From positions 1 through 64,000 of the forward strand of contig NIVC01001310.1 in the NCBI GenBank assembly GCA_002269645.1: a stretch of DNA of 64,000 bases, written 5' to 3'. Below are positions 1 through 12,700 of the stretch, one piece after another (position 1 is the stretch's first letter; each line of letters starts with the position of its first letter). The notes beneath the pieces are model-generated. The model did not search any database and was not told the origin of the DNA. It saw only the letters and a list, made by a program, of their open reading frames with translations. The translations under genes and the position numbers were made by a program. This DNA comes from Macrostomum lignano. Its lineage: Eukaryota.

Positions 1-782
1 AGATAATGAGGCACCTAAAACTAATAGATAATGAGGCACCTAAAACTAATAGATAATGAGGCACCTAAAACTTATAGATAATGAGGCACCTAAAACTTAT
101 AGATAATGAGGCACCTAAAACTAATAGATAATGAGGCACCTAAAACTAATAGATAATGAGGCACCTAAAACTAATAGATAATGAGGCGCCTAAAACTAAT
201 AGATAATGAGGCACCTAAAACTAATAGATAATGAGGCGCCTAAACTAATAGATAATGAGGCACCTAAAACTAATAGATAATGAGGCACCTAAAACTAATA
301 GATAATGAGGCACCTAAAACTACTAGATAATGAGGCACTAAAACTAATGGACAATAAGGCGCCTAAAACTAATAGATAATGAGGCACCGAAAACTAATAG
401 ATAATGAGGCACCTAAAACTACTAGATAATGAGGCACCTAAAACTAATAGATAATGAGGCACTAAAACTAATAGATAATGAGGCGCCTAAAACTAATAGA
501 TAATGAGGCACCTAAAACTAATAGATAATGACACCTAAAACTAATAGATAATGAGGCACCTAAAACTAATAGATAATGAGGCGCCTAAAACTATTAGATA
601 ATGAGGCAAAACTAATAGATAATGAGGCGCCTAAAACTATTAGATAATGAGGCGCCTAAAACTAATAGATAATGAGGCGTCTAAAACTAATAGATAATGA
701 GGCACCTTAAACTAATAGATAATGAGGCGTCTAAAACTAATAGATAATGAGGCACCTTAAACTACGCTTCTAGATAATGAGG
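1..782. repeat. Tandem minisatellite, 25-bp unit (AGATAATGAGGCACCTAAAACTAAT), runs off the window start
   Basis: About 30 near-identical units read directly. Confidence 0.97.
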
Positions 783-879
783 CGTCAAGGTTCCAAATGA
801 TGATGCGCCACAAATTAATAATGATTAGCAGCATTAAAAGGCTTTTTTATTCGTGAGGCTCAAGCCCAAAATTTTTCAT

Positions 880-3800
880 CTCCGTTCCAGTCGGATGGTA
901 AGCAGTGCTTACCATAGACTATTTGGCTTCTGACTGAGCCATAGATATTTTTTCTCTCCGTTCCGGTCGGCATGGTAAGCAATGCTTATCAATAGACATT
1001 CAGTCGGCTGGGGTAGAAAAATAAGCAAAAATGTACATTTAAGTAGCCTGTTTCTAGACTGAAAGCACACTGGTCCCTGTACAAGAGGAATGGGCAACAC
1101 GAACAGTATAAGAAACGTTCTTTTCCTAGCCCCAGTCAGTTCAAACAGAGAAGCTGATCCATCTCCTTACTCGTCTAGCTTTTTGACAGCTTATTCAGTC
1201 GTGCTTTATACTACAGTGGTTCTTTGACTCCTTAAGTTTTCGTTTCCTATACTTTATCTGTCTCAGTCTGGTTTGAGCCGAATACTAAAATCAGTTCTCA
1301 AAGAGCTTTGAAATGCCCAAGTGGACGAAATGTCTGAACTCATGACATCGGACGACGAGGACTACCTCTTATCAGATGATTCTTCTGGTGAGTCAGATGT
1401 TCTGGACAGTGTTGATGAGGACGTACAGGTTGCTGATGAGTTGTCGTGGCGGCCTGCTATCGTTGGGAACGACGCATCGACGAGAGATATCGAGTTTTTC
1501 GGAACACCTGGCCTGAATCCTGGAATAATAGTGCCTGCGATGTTGAGAACTCAACTTCCTTCTTCTTAGGTTTATTCCTGTCTGATTCGTTGTTTGAAGA
1601 TCTAGCTATGTGGACTAACCGTAGAGCTTGGGCAGCAATTCATTCATTGGATGCTGATGACCTGCCTGTGAGTTTGTTACAGTGGAACGAATGTAGCGCA
1701 AACGAAGTCAAGAAGTTGATTGGAATGTACCTGTACATGGGAAGCAACAAGAAGACTGAGATGAATGACTACTGGAGTACTGGCAGCTACCACTCGACAC
1801 CATACTTTCAAGCACCTGAGGCGCTCTCTAGAGACCGCTTCAAGCAATTGCTCGGCTTTCTTCGCTTTTATGATTGCCTTGAGGATCCCACACCTGGTGA
1901 TCCGTTGTACAAGATTCGTCCATTTTTGAACAATTTGCGTGACACCTGCGTGAACATCTACAGACCTGACGAAGAAATAAGTGTTGACGAATCGTTGGTT
2001 CTTTACAAAGGACGATTAGGCTTCAAGCAATACATTCCAACTAAGCGCGCAGGTATGGCATCAAGGTGTACTGTGCTTGTGAGTCTGAAACAGGCTACTT
2101 GTTCAACTTTCGAGTTCATGCTACTCCGGAGGAGAATCGTAGATTTGCTTTAGATCCACAAAGCGGAAACCTGTCATTCAGCGAAAAAATTGTTGTCGAG
2201 CTTTGCCAAGATCTGTTGGACCAAGGCTACCGCATTTTTGCCGACAAGTGGTTTGGTTCTTATCGGTTGGCTAAGTACCTCCTGGATCGAGATACTCATC
2301 TGACTTGCACCATACGAGCTGACCGAGGCGTGCCGATTGAGCTCAGGCAGTTAAATGTGCCGCCCAATGATGTCGGCTTCATGCGCAAGGGTGCCGTACT
2401 GGCCGCAAAGATTGTTGAAAGAAAGGAAAGCGGTCTAAAAACGTTGTATTTTCTGGACACAAATGAGGCAGCATCAAAAGTTCCAGTCCGACGAATCGCC
2501 CGAGGTGGAGCAGCGGCTGCAGTGCAGAAGTGCCGCTCAGCTTTGAGTTACAACCGCTGCATGGGCGGCGTCGATCGAATGGACGGCCACATGCAGCCCT
2601 ACCAGCCTGCTCGGAAAACCAGAAAATGGTTTTTGAAACTTGGTTTGCACCTGTGCTTGCAGATGGTCCGAAATGCTTGATTGTATACTGTAAGTGCGGC
2701 GGCCGAAAGGTGTTCGTTAAGTTTCTGGAAGCCAGCATTCGTGAATTCGTGCAGAGCACTGGGATGAGCAGAAGGCGAGCAGCCGCTGCAGCTCAAGCCT
2801 TCGGCCAAGTCAGCCCGCATTTCCCAATGCGAATTGCGGCCCGAGAAAGTCAGCCAAGGCCAACTAAGCGGTGTCGCGTCTGCTACCGAGCTGAAAGAAT
2901 CAAACGATCAATTTACTGCTGCCCTGCGTGTCCAGGTGAACCAGGACTGTGTCTGGAGACCTGCTTTCAGCAATGGCATTCTTGAATTCTTGACAGTTTT
3001 TGTTCCCAGTGCACGCATGCTGGAAGAATATTTCCTGCTATATTCCCTTCTATACGTGTGCCTGAAAGAAAATTGAGGAAATGGGTTTCTCCCAGTTAGC
3101 TTCTTCTTTCTGAGACTATAATTAAAAATTAATTCAGAATACTAGTGGCGCTAACATCTCGAGTTGCTGAGAATGCGCCATAAGAATTGTTTGAATGAAT
3201 GCCAAAACGAATCGTTTGTATACTTCGTGATAAAACATCTTTAAAGATCTAAGAAACAAGTGATAGTAATTAAATAACATTTACTTTTTCTGTTATCAAT
3301 TCTGTCCTGCTCCAAATACGGGTTTATGCGGGGGCAAAGAGGGCAACTGCCCCCCAAACAACTTACATCTGTGGCGCCCCCAGCTGCGCAGCTCGCCTTT
3401 GTTGTGTCTTTTCCCTTTGCTGCCGCCTCCTAGGTACAAAAATTCTGCACTACTTAATAATTTCCTGGGTCAAAAAAATCTGCATCCGCCTCTGTTCTGC
3501 TGACATTTTTCATGTCCCAGTTTTCATGTTTGCATCATACGCTGGTACGAGTAGATTGTTTCTCTTCAGAAAATTTTAATTAACTTACGCGTACGGTGTT
3601 ACTCAATTTATTCTTACTCAATTGTTTTCTCACTCAGCAAAAATATACATCAAATTTATATAAACGAAAACTGATCTTACTGTATACAGTTGTATTTCAA
3701 GGAAGCTGAAATTTTTGTACCGTCTGTTGGTTATTTTGATTGAGAAAGAGATCTAAACTACGAGTAAAAAAATCAGGGAAGCTATCGTTCTAAAAGTTCT

Positions 3801-3938
3801 GCTTACCATAGCCGACCGGAACGGAGTGTGAATTTTACCATAGATTATATTTGATCTGAATCATCTGACTTCTGCCTAGACTGAAACTAGGGTGTGCGCA
3901 TGGTAAGCAGTGCTTACCATCAGACTTTTGGAGGTTAA
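880..3938 (+). mobile_element. piggyBac-superfamily DNA transposon, degenerate; left terminus not identifiable
   Basis: Transposase remnants; right end ...TTTTGGAGG followed by TTAA at 3935-3938; subterminal inverted repeat CTCCGTTCCGGTCGGC(T)ATGGTAAGC at 956-980 and reverse-complemented at 3801-3826. Confidence 0.85.
1321..2985 (+). pseudogene. piggyBac (PGBD-like) DDD transposase split by about 3 frameshifts
   Basis: Acidic N-terminus; SVDESLVLYKGRLGFKQYIPTKR; FADKWF; YNRCMGGVDRMD; C-terminal Cys-rich domain RCRVC...CPAC...LC...CFQQWH across ORFs 1321, 1446, 2066, 2530. Confidence 0.92.
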
Positions 3939-4020
3939 AACAAAGGACTTCAAATTAAATTTACGTCAAGCAACTGACTAGCAAGCTAAAAAACTTTGCC
4001 CATTTGAATTGCCACAGCTG

Positions 4021-4194
4021 AAGCTGGTCAGCCGCTATCTGGATATGGCTCGACAAGACCGACTTGATGACGATTCTAGCGACAGATTGAAGCTGTACGA
4101 CAGATCTGGGCTTGACGCTGTCAACTACATCTGCACTTATCTGCCTCATCTGAGCCATCGTGCTGGGGGAGGCGGCTGTGAAGCATCTGATTGA
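4021..4194 (+). CDS. Possible terminal coding exon of an unidentified gene
   Basis: Acceptor-like CCACAG, then open frame LKLVSRYLDMARQDRL...GLDAVNYICTYLPHL to a stop; GC-richer than flanks; no family recognised. Confidence 0.3.
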   Translation, partial: KLVSRYLDMARQDRLDDDSSDRLKLYDRSGLDAVNYICTYLPHLSHRAGGGGCEASD

Positions 4195-4289
4195 CGAGTG
4201 AGCGTGATTTTGTATTGATCTGTAACGGAGAAAAGTACATGTAACATATGCTGTTAGCTCGTTGACTTAAGTCACTGACTTACTCATCC

Positions 4290-4695
4290 GGTCACTGGTT
4301 CACTACTTGTGCATCACTGGTTCACTACTTGTGCATCACTGGTTCACTACTTGTGCATCACTGGTTCACTACTTGTGCATCACTGGTTCACTACTTGTGC
4401 ATCACTGGTTCACTACTTGTGGATCACTGGTTCACTACTTGTGCATCACTGGTTCACTACTTGTGCATCACTGGTTCACTACTTGTGCATCACTGGTTCA
4501 CTACTTGTGCATCACTGGTTCACTACTTGTGGATCACTGGTTCACTACTTGTGCATCACTGGTTCACTACTTGTGCATCACTGGTTCACTACTTGTGGAT
4601 CACTGGTTCACTACTTGTGGATCACTGGTTCACTACTTGTGGATCACTGGTTTACTACTTGTGGGTCACGGGTTCACTACTTGTGGGTCATAGAT
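4290..4695. repeat. Tandem minisatellite, 22-bp unit (TCACTGGTTCACTACTTGTGCA)
   Basis: Direct reading. Confidence 0.95.
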
Positions 4696-4764
4696 TCACG
4701 AGGTTACACGGATTCATGTGGCATTCCTAATCTTTTGATTCACAATTGGTATCCCTTGATTCCC

Positions 4765-5118
4765 AGGATATCACAGATTCACAGGGAATCACAAATTCAC
4801 GGGTATCACAGATTCACGGGTATCACAGATTCACGGGTATCACAGATTCACGGGGGTATCACAGATTCACAGGAAAGCACAGATTCACGGGTATCACAGA
4901 TTCACGGGTATCACAGATTCACGGGTATCACAGATTCACGGGTATCACAGATTCACGGGTATCACAGATTCACGGGGGTATCACAGATTCACGGGGGTAT
5001 CACAGATTCACAGGGAAGCACAGATTCACGGGTATCACAGATTCACGGGTATCACAGATTCACGGGGTATCACAGATTCCCAGGGAAGCACAGATTCACG
5101 GGAAATCACAGATTCACA
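4765..5118. repeat. Tandem minisatellite, ~17-bp unit (TCACAGATTCACGGGTA)
   Basis: Direct reading. Confidence 0.93.
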
Positions 5119-5744
5119 ATACACTGATCAAAAGAAATTTCCCGCCGCTGCCGAATGCACAGATACTCCAGCAGTAGCGCATCCGTATCGTTCATCGTGA
5201 TGGACCCCCAAGCAGAGTTTATCGAGCACGACAACGTGAGACTGCCGCCTCAACTACCGGAGCTGCAAAAGTACACAGAGAACTTGAGGCAGCTACTCGA
5301 ACAGCGGGGCATCCGAGGGTCGACTTGCCTGAACGCGATTTGGATATTCGAGTGCAACGAGTTTCCGAACTGTTGCTTAACAGGGACGGAAATAGAAAAG
5401 AACTCGACGATTGACTAACTACTGAAGTTTCAGTAGTACCGTCTGACCATTAATTTCCTTGAGTAGTATTTATTTCAAATGTTTATTAAAATTGTATACT
5501 TTACACTCCAAATACACGTGTCATACCGCTCGATCTTTTATCAGATAAGTTTACTTAAATATACAACGTAAAGTTTTGCATATAAGCATGCCAATAAAAT
5601 TGCATTAGATAGACTCCATAAAGTGAAACATAATTGTAACATGTAGATAATGGCTAGTTACTAAATTTACAAAAATCAAGGCTCTAAGCACTGATCAAGG
5701 ATAAAGGATATTAGACTGAGATAAAGAGTAAAGCAAAAATCATA

Positions 5745-6482
5745 GCTGAAAGGACGCTGCGATGAAAAGGAGGGACGCTGAGATGAAAGGGAGGAACGCT
5801 GAGTTGAAGGAAAGGACGCTGAGATGAAAGAAGGGACCCTGAGATGAAAGGGAGGGACGCTGAGATGAAGGAAAGGACGCTGAGATGAAGGAAGGGACCC
5901 TGAGATGAAAGGAGGGACGCTGAGATGAAGGGAGGGACGCTGAGATGAAGGAAGGGACCCTGGGATGAAAGGAGGGACGCTGAGATGAAGGGAGGGACGC
6001 TAAGATAAAAGGAGGGACGCTGAGATGAATGGAGGGACTCTGAGATGAAGGGAGGGACCCTGAGATGAAGAGAGGGACCCTGAGATGAAGAGAGGGACGC
6101 TGAGATGAAGGAAGGGACCCTGAGATGAAAGTGAGGGACGCTGAGATGAAGGAAGGGACCCTGGGATGAAAGGAGGGACGCTGAGATGAAGGGAGGGACG
6201 CTAAGATAAAAGGAGGGACGCTGAGATGAATGGAGGGACTCTGAGATGAAGGGAGGGACCCTGAGATGAAGAGAGGGACCCTGAGATGAAGAGAGGGACG
6301 CTGAGATGAAGGAAGGGACCCTGAGATGAAAGTGAGGGACGCTGAGATGAAGGAAAGGACGCTGAGATGAAGGAAGGGACCCTGAGATGAAAGGAGGGAC
6401 GCTGAGATGAAGGGAGGGACGCTGAGATGAAGGAAGGGACCCTGAGATGAAAGGGAGGGACGCTGAGATGAAGGGAGGGACT
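5745..6482. repeat. Purine-rich minisatellite, ~20-bp unit (GAGGGACGCTGAGATGAAGG)
   Basis: Direct reading; explains ORF 5711-6499. Confidence 0.95.
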
Positions 6483-6572
6483 CTGGGATTAAGAGTCACA
6501 GCATTTCCTCTTCACTGTAACTTCCATTGCCAGATTTGAATCTGCTGCATAGCAACTCGTCAAAGCAGCATT

Positions 6573-6726
6573 TTATTGCCTAGCCGCCTTCTCTCCTTGA
6601 CTGCCGGTCTCCATGGCAACAGTTCTGCCAGGCCGGCCCAGAAGAAAATAAGTGGCCAGAAGGCCTCGGCCTTTGATCTGCACTTCGCCGCGTCCCTCAA
6701 ACTGGTAGCCGTGTTTTAGTAGGGCT
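6573..6726 (-). CDS. sGC last coding exon (end of cyclase domain)
   Basis: [31 protein letters not shown]...ARQ*; phase-2 acceptor TTTTCAG. Confidence 0.88.
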
Positions 6727-9700
6727 CTGAAAATTTAGTCGGCAATATTGCTATCTGACTACTGATTAGATGATGAGTTATAAGTAGTAGACAATAAAAC
6801 TGGATCAAATTAGACACACTTTTTAAACTGATTTATTGATTGGTTTGCTCATAGATTAGTACACTCGTACATATCGACTTGAACTTATGGATTATAGATT
6901 TACAAATATTTTTTATTTCCTAATTTGCTAATAATAGGCGAGGGGATTGCTTGGCAATTTTGATAGCCTCATTCTTTCGGGACTGATCGATTAATTCATG
7001 AACTGAATAAATTTCTTTAATCAAAAAATTACGTAGGTGTATAGTTAACTGGTTAATTGACTTGAAAAAATGAATCATCATATTACTCGTATAAATTAAA
7101 TTTTTAAAGGATTGATAGATAGTTCGTAATTTGATTGACTGAGTGATAGACTGGTTGATAGACTGACTGATTGATTGATTGATGGGTTGATTGATTGATT
7201 GATTAATAGATTGATTGATTGATTGATTAATTGATTGATTGATTGATTGATTAACGGATTGATTAATGGATTGATTGATTGATTGAATGATTGATTAATG
7301 GATTGATTGATTGATTGATTGAGCTGCATGGCAAAGAACTGGCTGCTCTTACTCTCGCGAGCTGGGACTGACGTGGATGCGGCCCGGCACGCCCTGGCCC
7401 TCCATCTGGGAGGCGACGCTCACCGCGGCGCCGAACAGGCAGAAGCGCGGCATTTTGTCGCCGACAACCCCGGCCACCACCGGGCCCGTGTGCAGCCCGA
7501 CGCGGATCTGGGGGGGGGGGGGAGTGGACAATCAATGACCGATTGAGCTTCTGGCGAGTTTCGGGTGCTAAATGCGAGTATTTTTTCTCGATCTGTCATT
7601 AGGTCTGTCACACTTTTCTGCTTAGGTCTGTCACACTTTTCTGCTTAGGTCTGTCACACTTTCCTGCTTAGGTCTGTCACACCTTCCTACTTAGGTCTGT
7701 CACACTTTCCTACTTAGGTCTGTCACACTTTCCTGCTTAGGTCTGTCACACTTTCCTGCTTAGGTCTGTCACACTTTCCTGCTTAGGTCTGTCACACTTT
7801 CCTGCTTAGGTCTGTCACACTTTCCTGCGAAGGGCAGACAGAAAGTCTCGAACTTTGATTTTGTAGCAAAAGTGTGATTAAAAGTGTGATTCTTGTGATT
7901 ATTTAAGTTACTTGAATTATGTTTTGTTTGACTCTACCGAATAGACTAACATTTCAGCAATATTCTGACACCAATATTTTGACATCATGTCTTAATTTAG
8001 ATTTTCCGCAGTACGAGCTACTACTCAACAAAGCCCATCCTTTCGGCTAAAATGGAAGATGCAGTGCAGAACCAGCACTCAATCGTGTTCTTTTTGCACT
8101 CTAAAGGCCATCAAGGATCTGAAATCGTTCGTGACCAACAGTCAGTCTTTGGTGACCGTTCTCTCTCTCGCAGCACAGTTTATTCCTGGATCGTGGGATT
8201 GGCAAGCGGTCATGACCCTAGATGTGGTAGACCTGCAACATCAACTTCTCGAGCAAATGGTGACCATGCGCACCAGCTGGTGCTTGCAGACCGCCGGCTC
8301 ACTGTTGATGATGTGGCCAGCCTTCTTGGCATTTCACATGGCGCAGCTCATCAGATCCTATCGAATGAGCTGGCATGAGCAAGGTGCTCGATGGGTGCCA
8401 CGCCTGTTATTGCAGAAACAGAAGAATGAGCGGGTGCGGCAGTGTCATGCAATAAAGGAGAAGCTGGAGAAGCTGGGTGAAAACTTTTGGCGTCGAATCG
8501 TTACCGCTGACGAAACCTGGTTACCACACTACAATCCTGAAACCAAGCAGCAGTCCAAAGTTTTGGTGGCCCCTGGAGAGCCCACCCCAACCAAGGCCAG
8601 TGCAGTACCAGCTGTCACCAAAACGATGGTAACAGTTTTCTGGGACTGTGAAGGAGTCATCTTCATTGACTACCTGGAGAAGGGCCAGACCGTTAACTCT
8701 GAGCGCTACATTGCATCCCTGGCTGATTTGCAGTCGCAGCTGGTCAAATTCCGACCTGGGAAGCTGCATGCTGGGATTCTCCTGCAGCATGACAATCAAT
8801 GCACGGCCGCACACATCCCGAGCCACACTGGCAGAAATACGCAGAAAAAACTGGAGAATTCTGACACATCCACCATACAGCCCTGATCTGGCACCTAGCG
8901 ATTACCACCTCTTCAGTCCGATGAAGGATGCCCTCCGTGGTTGGCATTACAGCATTGAAAAGGCGTGACCTTGAGAAGTGGTTTAGAGGTCAACTCAAAG
9001 AGCCGCTGGGATCAAGAAGTTGCCAGAGCGCTGGGAGCGCTGCATTAATGCTGATGGAGATTACTTTGAAAAACTCTAAAATTCAAACTGAGCAGACTTT
9101 CCCTTCTGGTTTTATGAACCAAAGTCCGAGAACTTTTTGACTGCCCCTCGTACTTAGGTCTGTCACACATTTATTGTTAAATCTATCACACTTTTCTGTT
9201 TAGATTTATCGTGCTTTCTAAGGTCTGTCACATTTGCTTGTATCCGTCACGCTTTCACAGATTTCACAGCATGTGGTTTACAGTACTACACTACAGTACG
9301 TCAAAAAACGGACCAAAAAAGTTTGTTTGCTTTTTGCTTTGCAGCAGCCTTCGCGTGTAAATATCAAATGTATAATTTGGTATTAATTAATTATTTTTAT
9401 TGTCTTTAGTGCTGAATTTATAGACGCACAATTATCCACACTACTTTCTCTTAGTATTATCCCTAATTAATTCTTATAAATCATTGTACCTTTAGTAGTT
9501 TAGTTTCTTTTAAATTTTATCCGAGCATGTTTCTTTTATTTCTACTGACAGTAGTTCAGAATGAAACTGCAATGGAAAAAACGCACTTTTGGCTTGACTA
9601 CTCAAACTAATGTTAGACTGTTACTGAAGCAGAGTTGTAATATTGTTTTGATCTCTGATCAAATGAACGTATTGCTTATTAAGGCCGCGTCGCATCAGTA

Positions 9701-12700
9701 CTTCTTGACGAACTTGGTCCAGCTCGGGTCGGTCTCGATGGCGTCGCCGACGCTCGAGTCAGCGAAGTCAAGCATGCGGCAGGCGCTGCTGGCCCGGTTG
9801 AACAGGACGGCCCGGCACTCCCAGCGCTGCACGCAGAGCCACAGGCAGTGAAACTCCGAGCTCACCGAGGCGTCAGTGTAGCAGTAGACAGGACTGATGT
9901 TGCCCAGCCTCAGGAACTCCGCTCGTCGAAGGTATTCGCTGTTCGGCGTCGCGATCGGCTGGCAGACAAATTTTGTCGCTGAGTTGGCTGGCTGATCTCT
10001 CAGACCGGCGTTGCTGACCACCAGAAAGTCGTCGTCAGGGCTATTGTTATTCGGCGAGTGGTTCATCCATTCCGTATCGTTGAGCACCGGAAACAGCGAG
10101 CCGTTGGCGAATCTCCAGCCGCTGCGAGACCACTTAGCCTCAACCAGCAGGTCCGTCACTCCGATGTAGTAATAGTCAAGCCAGTGATTGACGGCTCGGA
10201 TGGCAGTCAGGTCTATCAGCAGCTCTCCGCCGATGCCCAGGCACAGTCTGGCTGCGTCGCACCAGCTGGAAACGCTGGGTTGTCGCCGATGTAGAGGCAG
10301 CTGCCCAGCCTGTCGATGAACGGAGCGACGCAGAGTCCAGTTGCTATGGCAACGAGGCCGCCGCCGAACAGACACAGGAATAGCAGCTCTTTCGGCATCT
10401 TTCGACAACGAGAATTAAAGTACGTAGACTCAAACGTACGAGCGTAGCTGCTATATAGCATTCCTCAGCTCTTGAGACCCCAATGGCAACTCGGGTTTTT
10501 CCGCCACTAATTGGCGGGAGAAAAATGGCAATGCTAAGGTGCTTAGCAATTGCATTTCGCATTGTTTCATAGGAAGTCAGCTGCGCGCTCCCATACAGCT
10601 AGGGGGGGGGGGGGGGGTTTACCGGTGCGTTTGTTCTCGCATAAAAAATGCACAAAACTTCTCAGCGGCTGCTGCCAATGTTTTTTCTTAATTATAACGA
10701 GCAAATAACTTCGTGTGTTTGGCATCTGGGCAAAAAGAAGGAACTGTCTATATTTTACAGAAAAACCTACATGACTTGCGGGAAAGATTAAATTATTCAG
10801 CTCCTGGTGTAGTCTGGCTGGTACAAGGACCGCTAGAGATGCATGGATTGGACGCTTTATTTCATAGAAAATCTTCGACTCCCTCAGTCACGACCTTCAG
10901 TTATGTACCAGATTATAAGCTCAAGCCAAACCTGCAGTTTCCACTGTGGCACAGGTGAGGACACCTGGCCGACAGCTTGGATCATGTCCATGGCCTGCTC
11001 AGCCACCCGGCTGGCATGCTCCGGAGTGGGGTCGGGCACTCCGGCCGCCACCATGTACGCGTCGCCGATAGTCTCGACTTTGTAGACAGAGTTCGCCTCT
11101 GTGGCCGCGTCGAACCGAGAGAACAGGCAGTTTAAAAGTTCCACAACCTGCATTGGCGAGCACTGGCCGGCGAGGACCGTGAAGGACACGATGTCCGAGA
11201 ATAGGATTGTGCAGTCGTCGAATATTTCTGGAAGAGATTTGCAAATAATATTTGTTAAATAGCTGACAATGAGAACAAACTACAAACTACAAAGACCAAT
11301 ATTAACGGTATTAGTTGACAATTTGAACAAGCTACAAAGAGCACTATTTATTGGTTGACAATGAGAACAAGCTACAAAGACCAGTGTCTAAGAGTTGACT
11401 ATGAGAACAAGCTACAAAGACCAGTGTCTAAGAGTTGACTAGGAGAACAAGCTACAAAGACCAGTGTCTAAGAGTTGACTAGGAGAACAAGCTACAAAGA
11501 CCAGTGTCTAAGAGTTGACTAGGAGAACAAGCTACAAATACCAGTGTCTAAGAGTTGACTAGGAGAACAAGCTACAAAGACCAGTGTCTAAGAGTTGACT
11601 AGGAGAACAAGCTACAAAGACCAGTGTCTAAGAGTTGACTAGGAGAACAAGCTACAAAGACCAGTGTCTAAGAGTTGACTATGAGAACAAGCTACAAAGA
11701 CCAGTGTCTAAGAGTTGACTAGGAGAACAAGCTACAAAGACCAGTGTCTAAGAGTTGACTAGGAGAACAAGCTACAAAGACCAGTGTCTAAGAGTTGACT
11801 ATGAGAACAAGCTACAAAGACCAGTGTCTAAGAGTTGACTAGGAGAACAAGCTACAAAGACCAGTGTCTAAGAGTTGACTAGGAGAACAAGCTACAAAGA
11901 CCAGTGTCTAAGAGTTGACTAGGAGAACAAGCTACAAAGACCAGTGTCTAAGAGTTGACTAGGAGAACAAGCTACAAAGACCAGTGTCTAAGAGTTGACT
12001 AGGAGAACAAGCTACAAAGACCAGTGTCTAAGAGTTGACTAGGAGAACAAGCTACAAATACTAGTGTTTAAGAGTTGACTAGGAGAACAAGCTACAAAGA
12101 CCAGTGTCTAAGAGTTGACTAGGAGAACAAGCTACAAAGACCAGTGTCTAAGAGTTGACTAGGAGATCAAGCTACAAAGACCAGTGTCAAAAAGTTGACT
12201 AGGAGAGCAAGCTACAAAGACTCGTGTTCAACAGTTGACTCTAGGCTACAGGCACTGGAGCACTACATATAAATGAGTGACACAGGGAGAAGACAGCATG
12301 TTTAAGCTGTTTACCTGCGGCAACCTTCTTGCCCTGCAACAGCTGGTCAGCAACTTTATCCGGCAGCAGTTGCGTCAGCAATCTTCGAGTTCGCTGCTTC
12401 TCCTCCTCCAGAGCTTGCGCCATTCGACGCATCTCGCCAGAAATTTCGTCCAACCGTTTGGACACTTGAACCTCGGACACTCGCTGCTGATTAACCTGGA
12501 GAAGCTCTCTAGTCACGTCGTGAATCGGCAGATCGGACATGCACAGACGTTTCTCCATCATCTCGCCCAGAGTGAGAATCCGCGGGAGGAGATGAATAGA
12601 AAGAACTGAGTGTCCTCGAGGTAGATCATCTGACCTGTTAAGGCCAACGGCCAAGTGCAGTGTTAGAGATGATTGGTACGTACGTACGCTCGTACTACAG

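Noticed and set aside
5155-5418. 87-aa ORF or extra sGC exon
   Set aside because: sGC already terminates at 6573; no recognisable motif in any frame
4307-6499. Long ORFs at 4307-5177 and 5711-6499
   Set aside because: Translations of minisatellites
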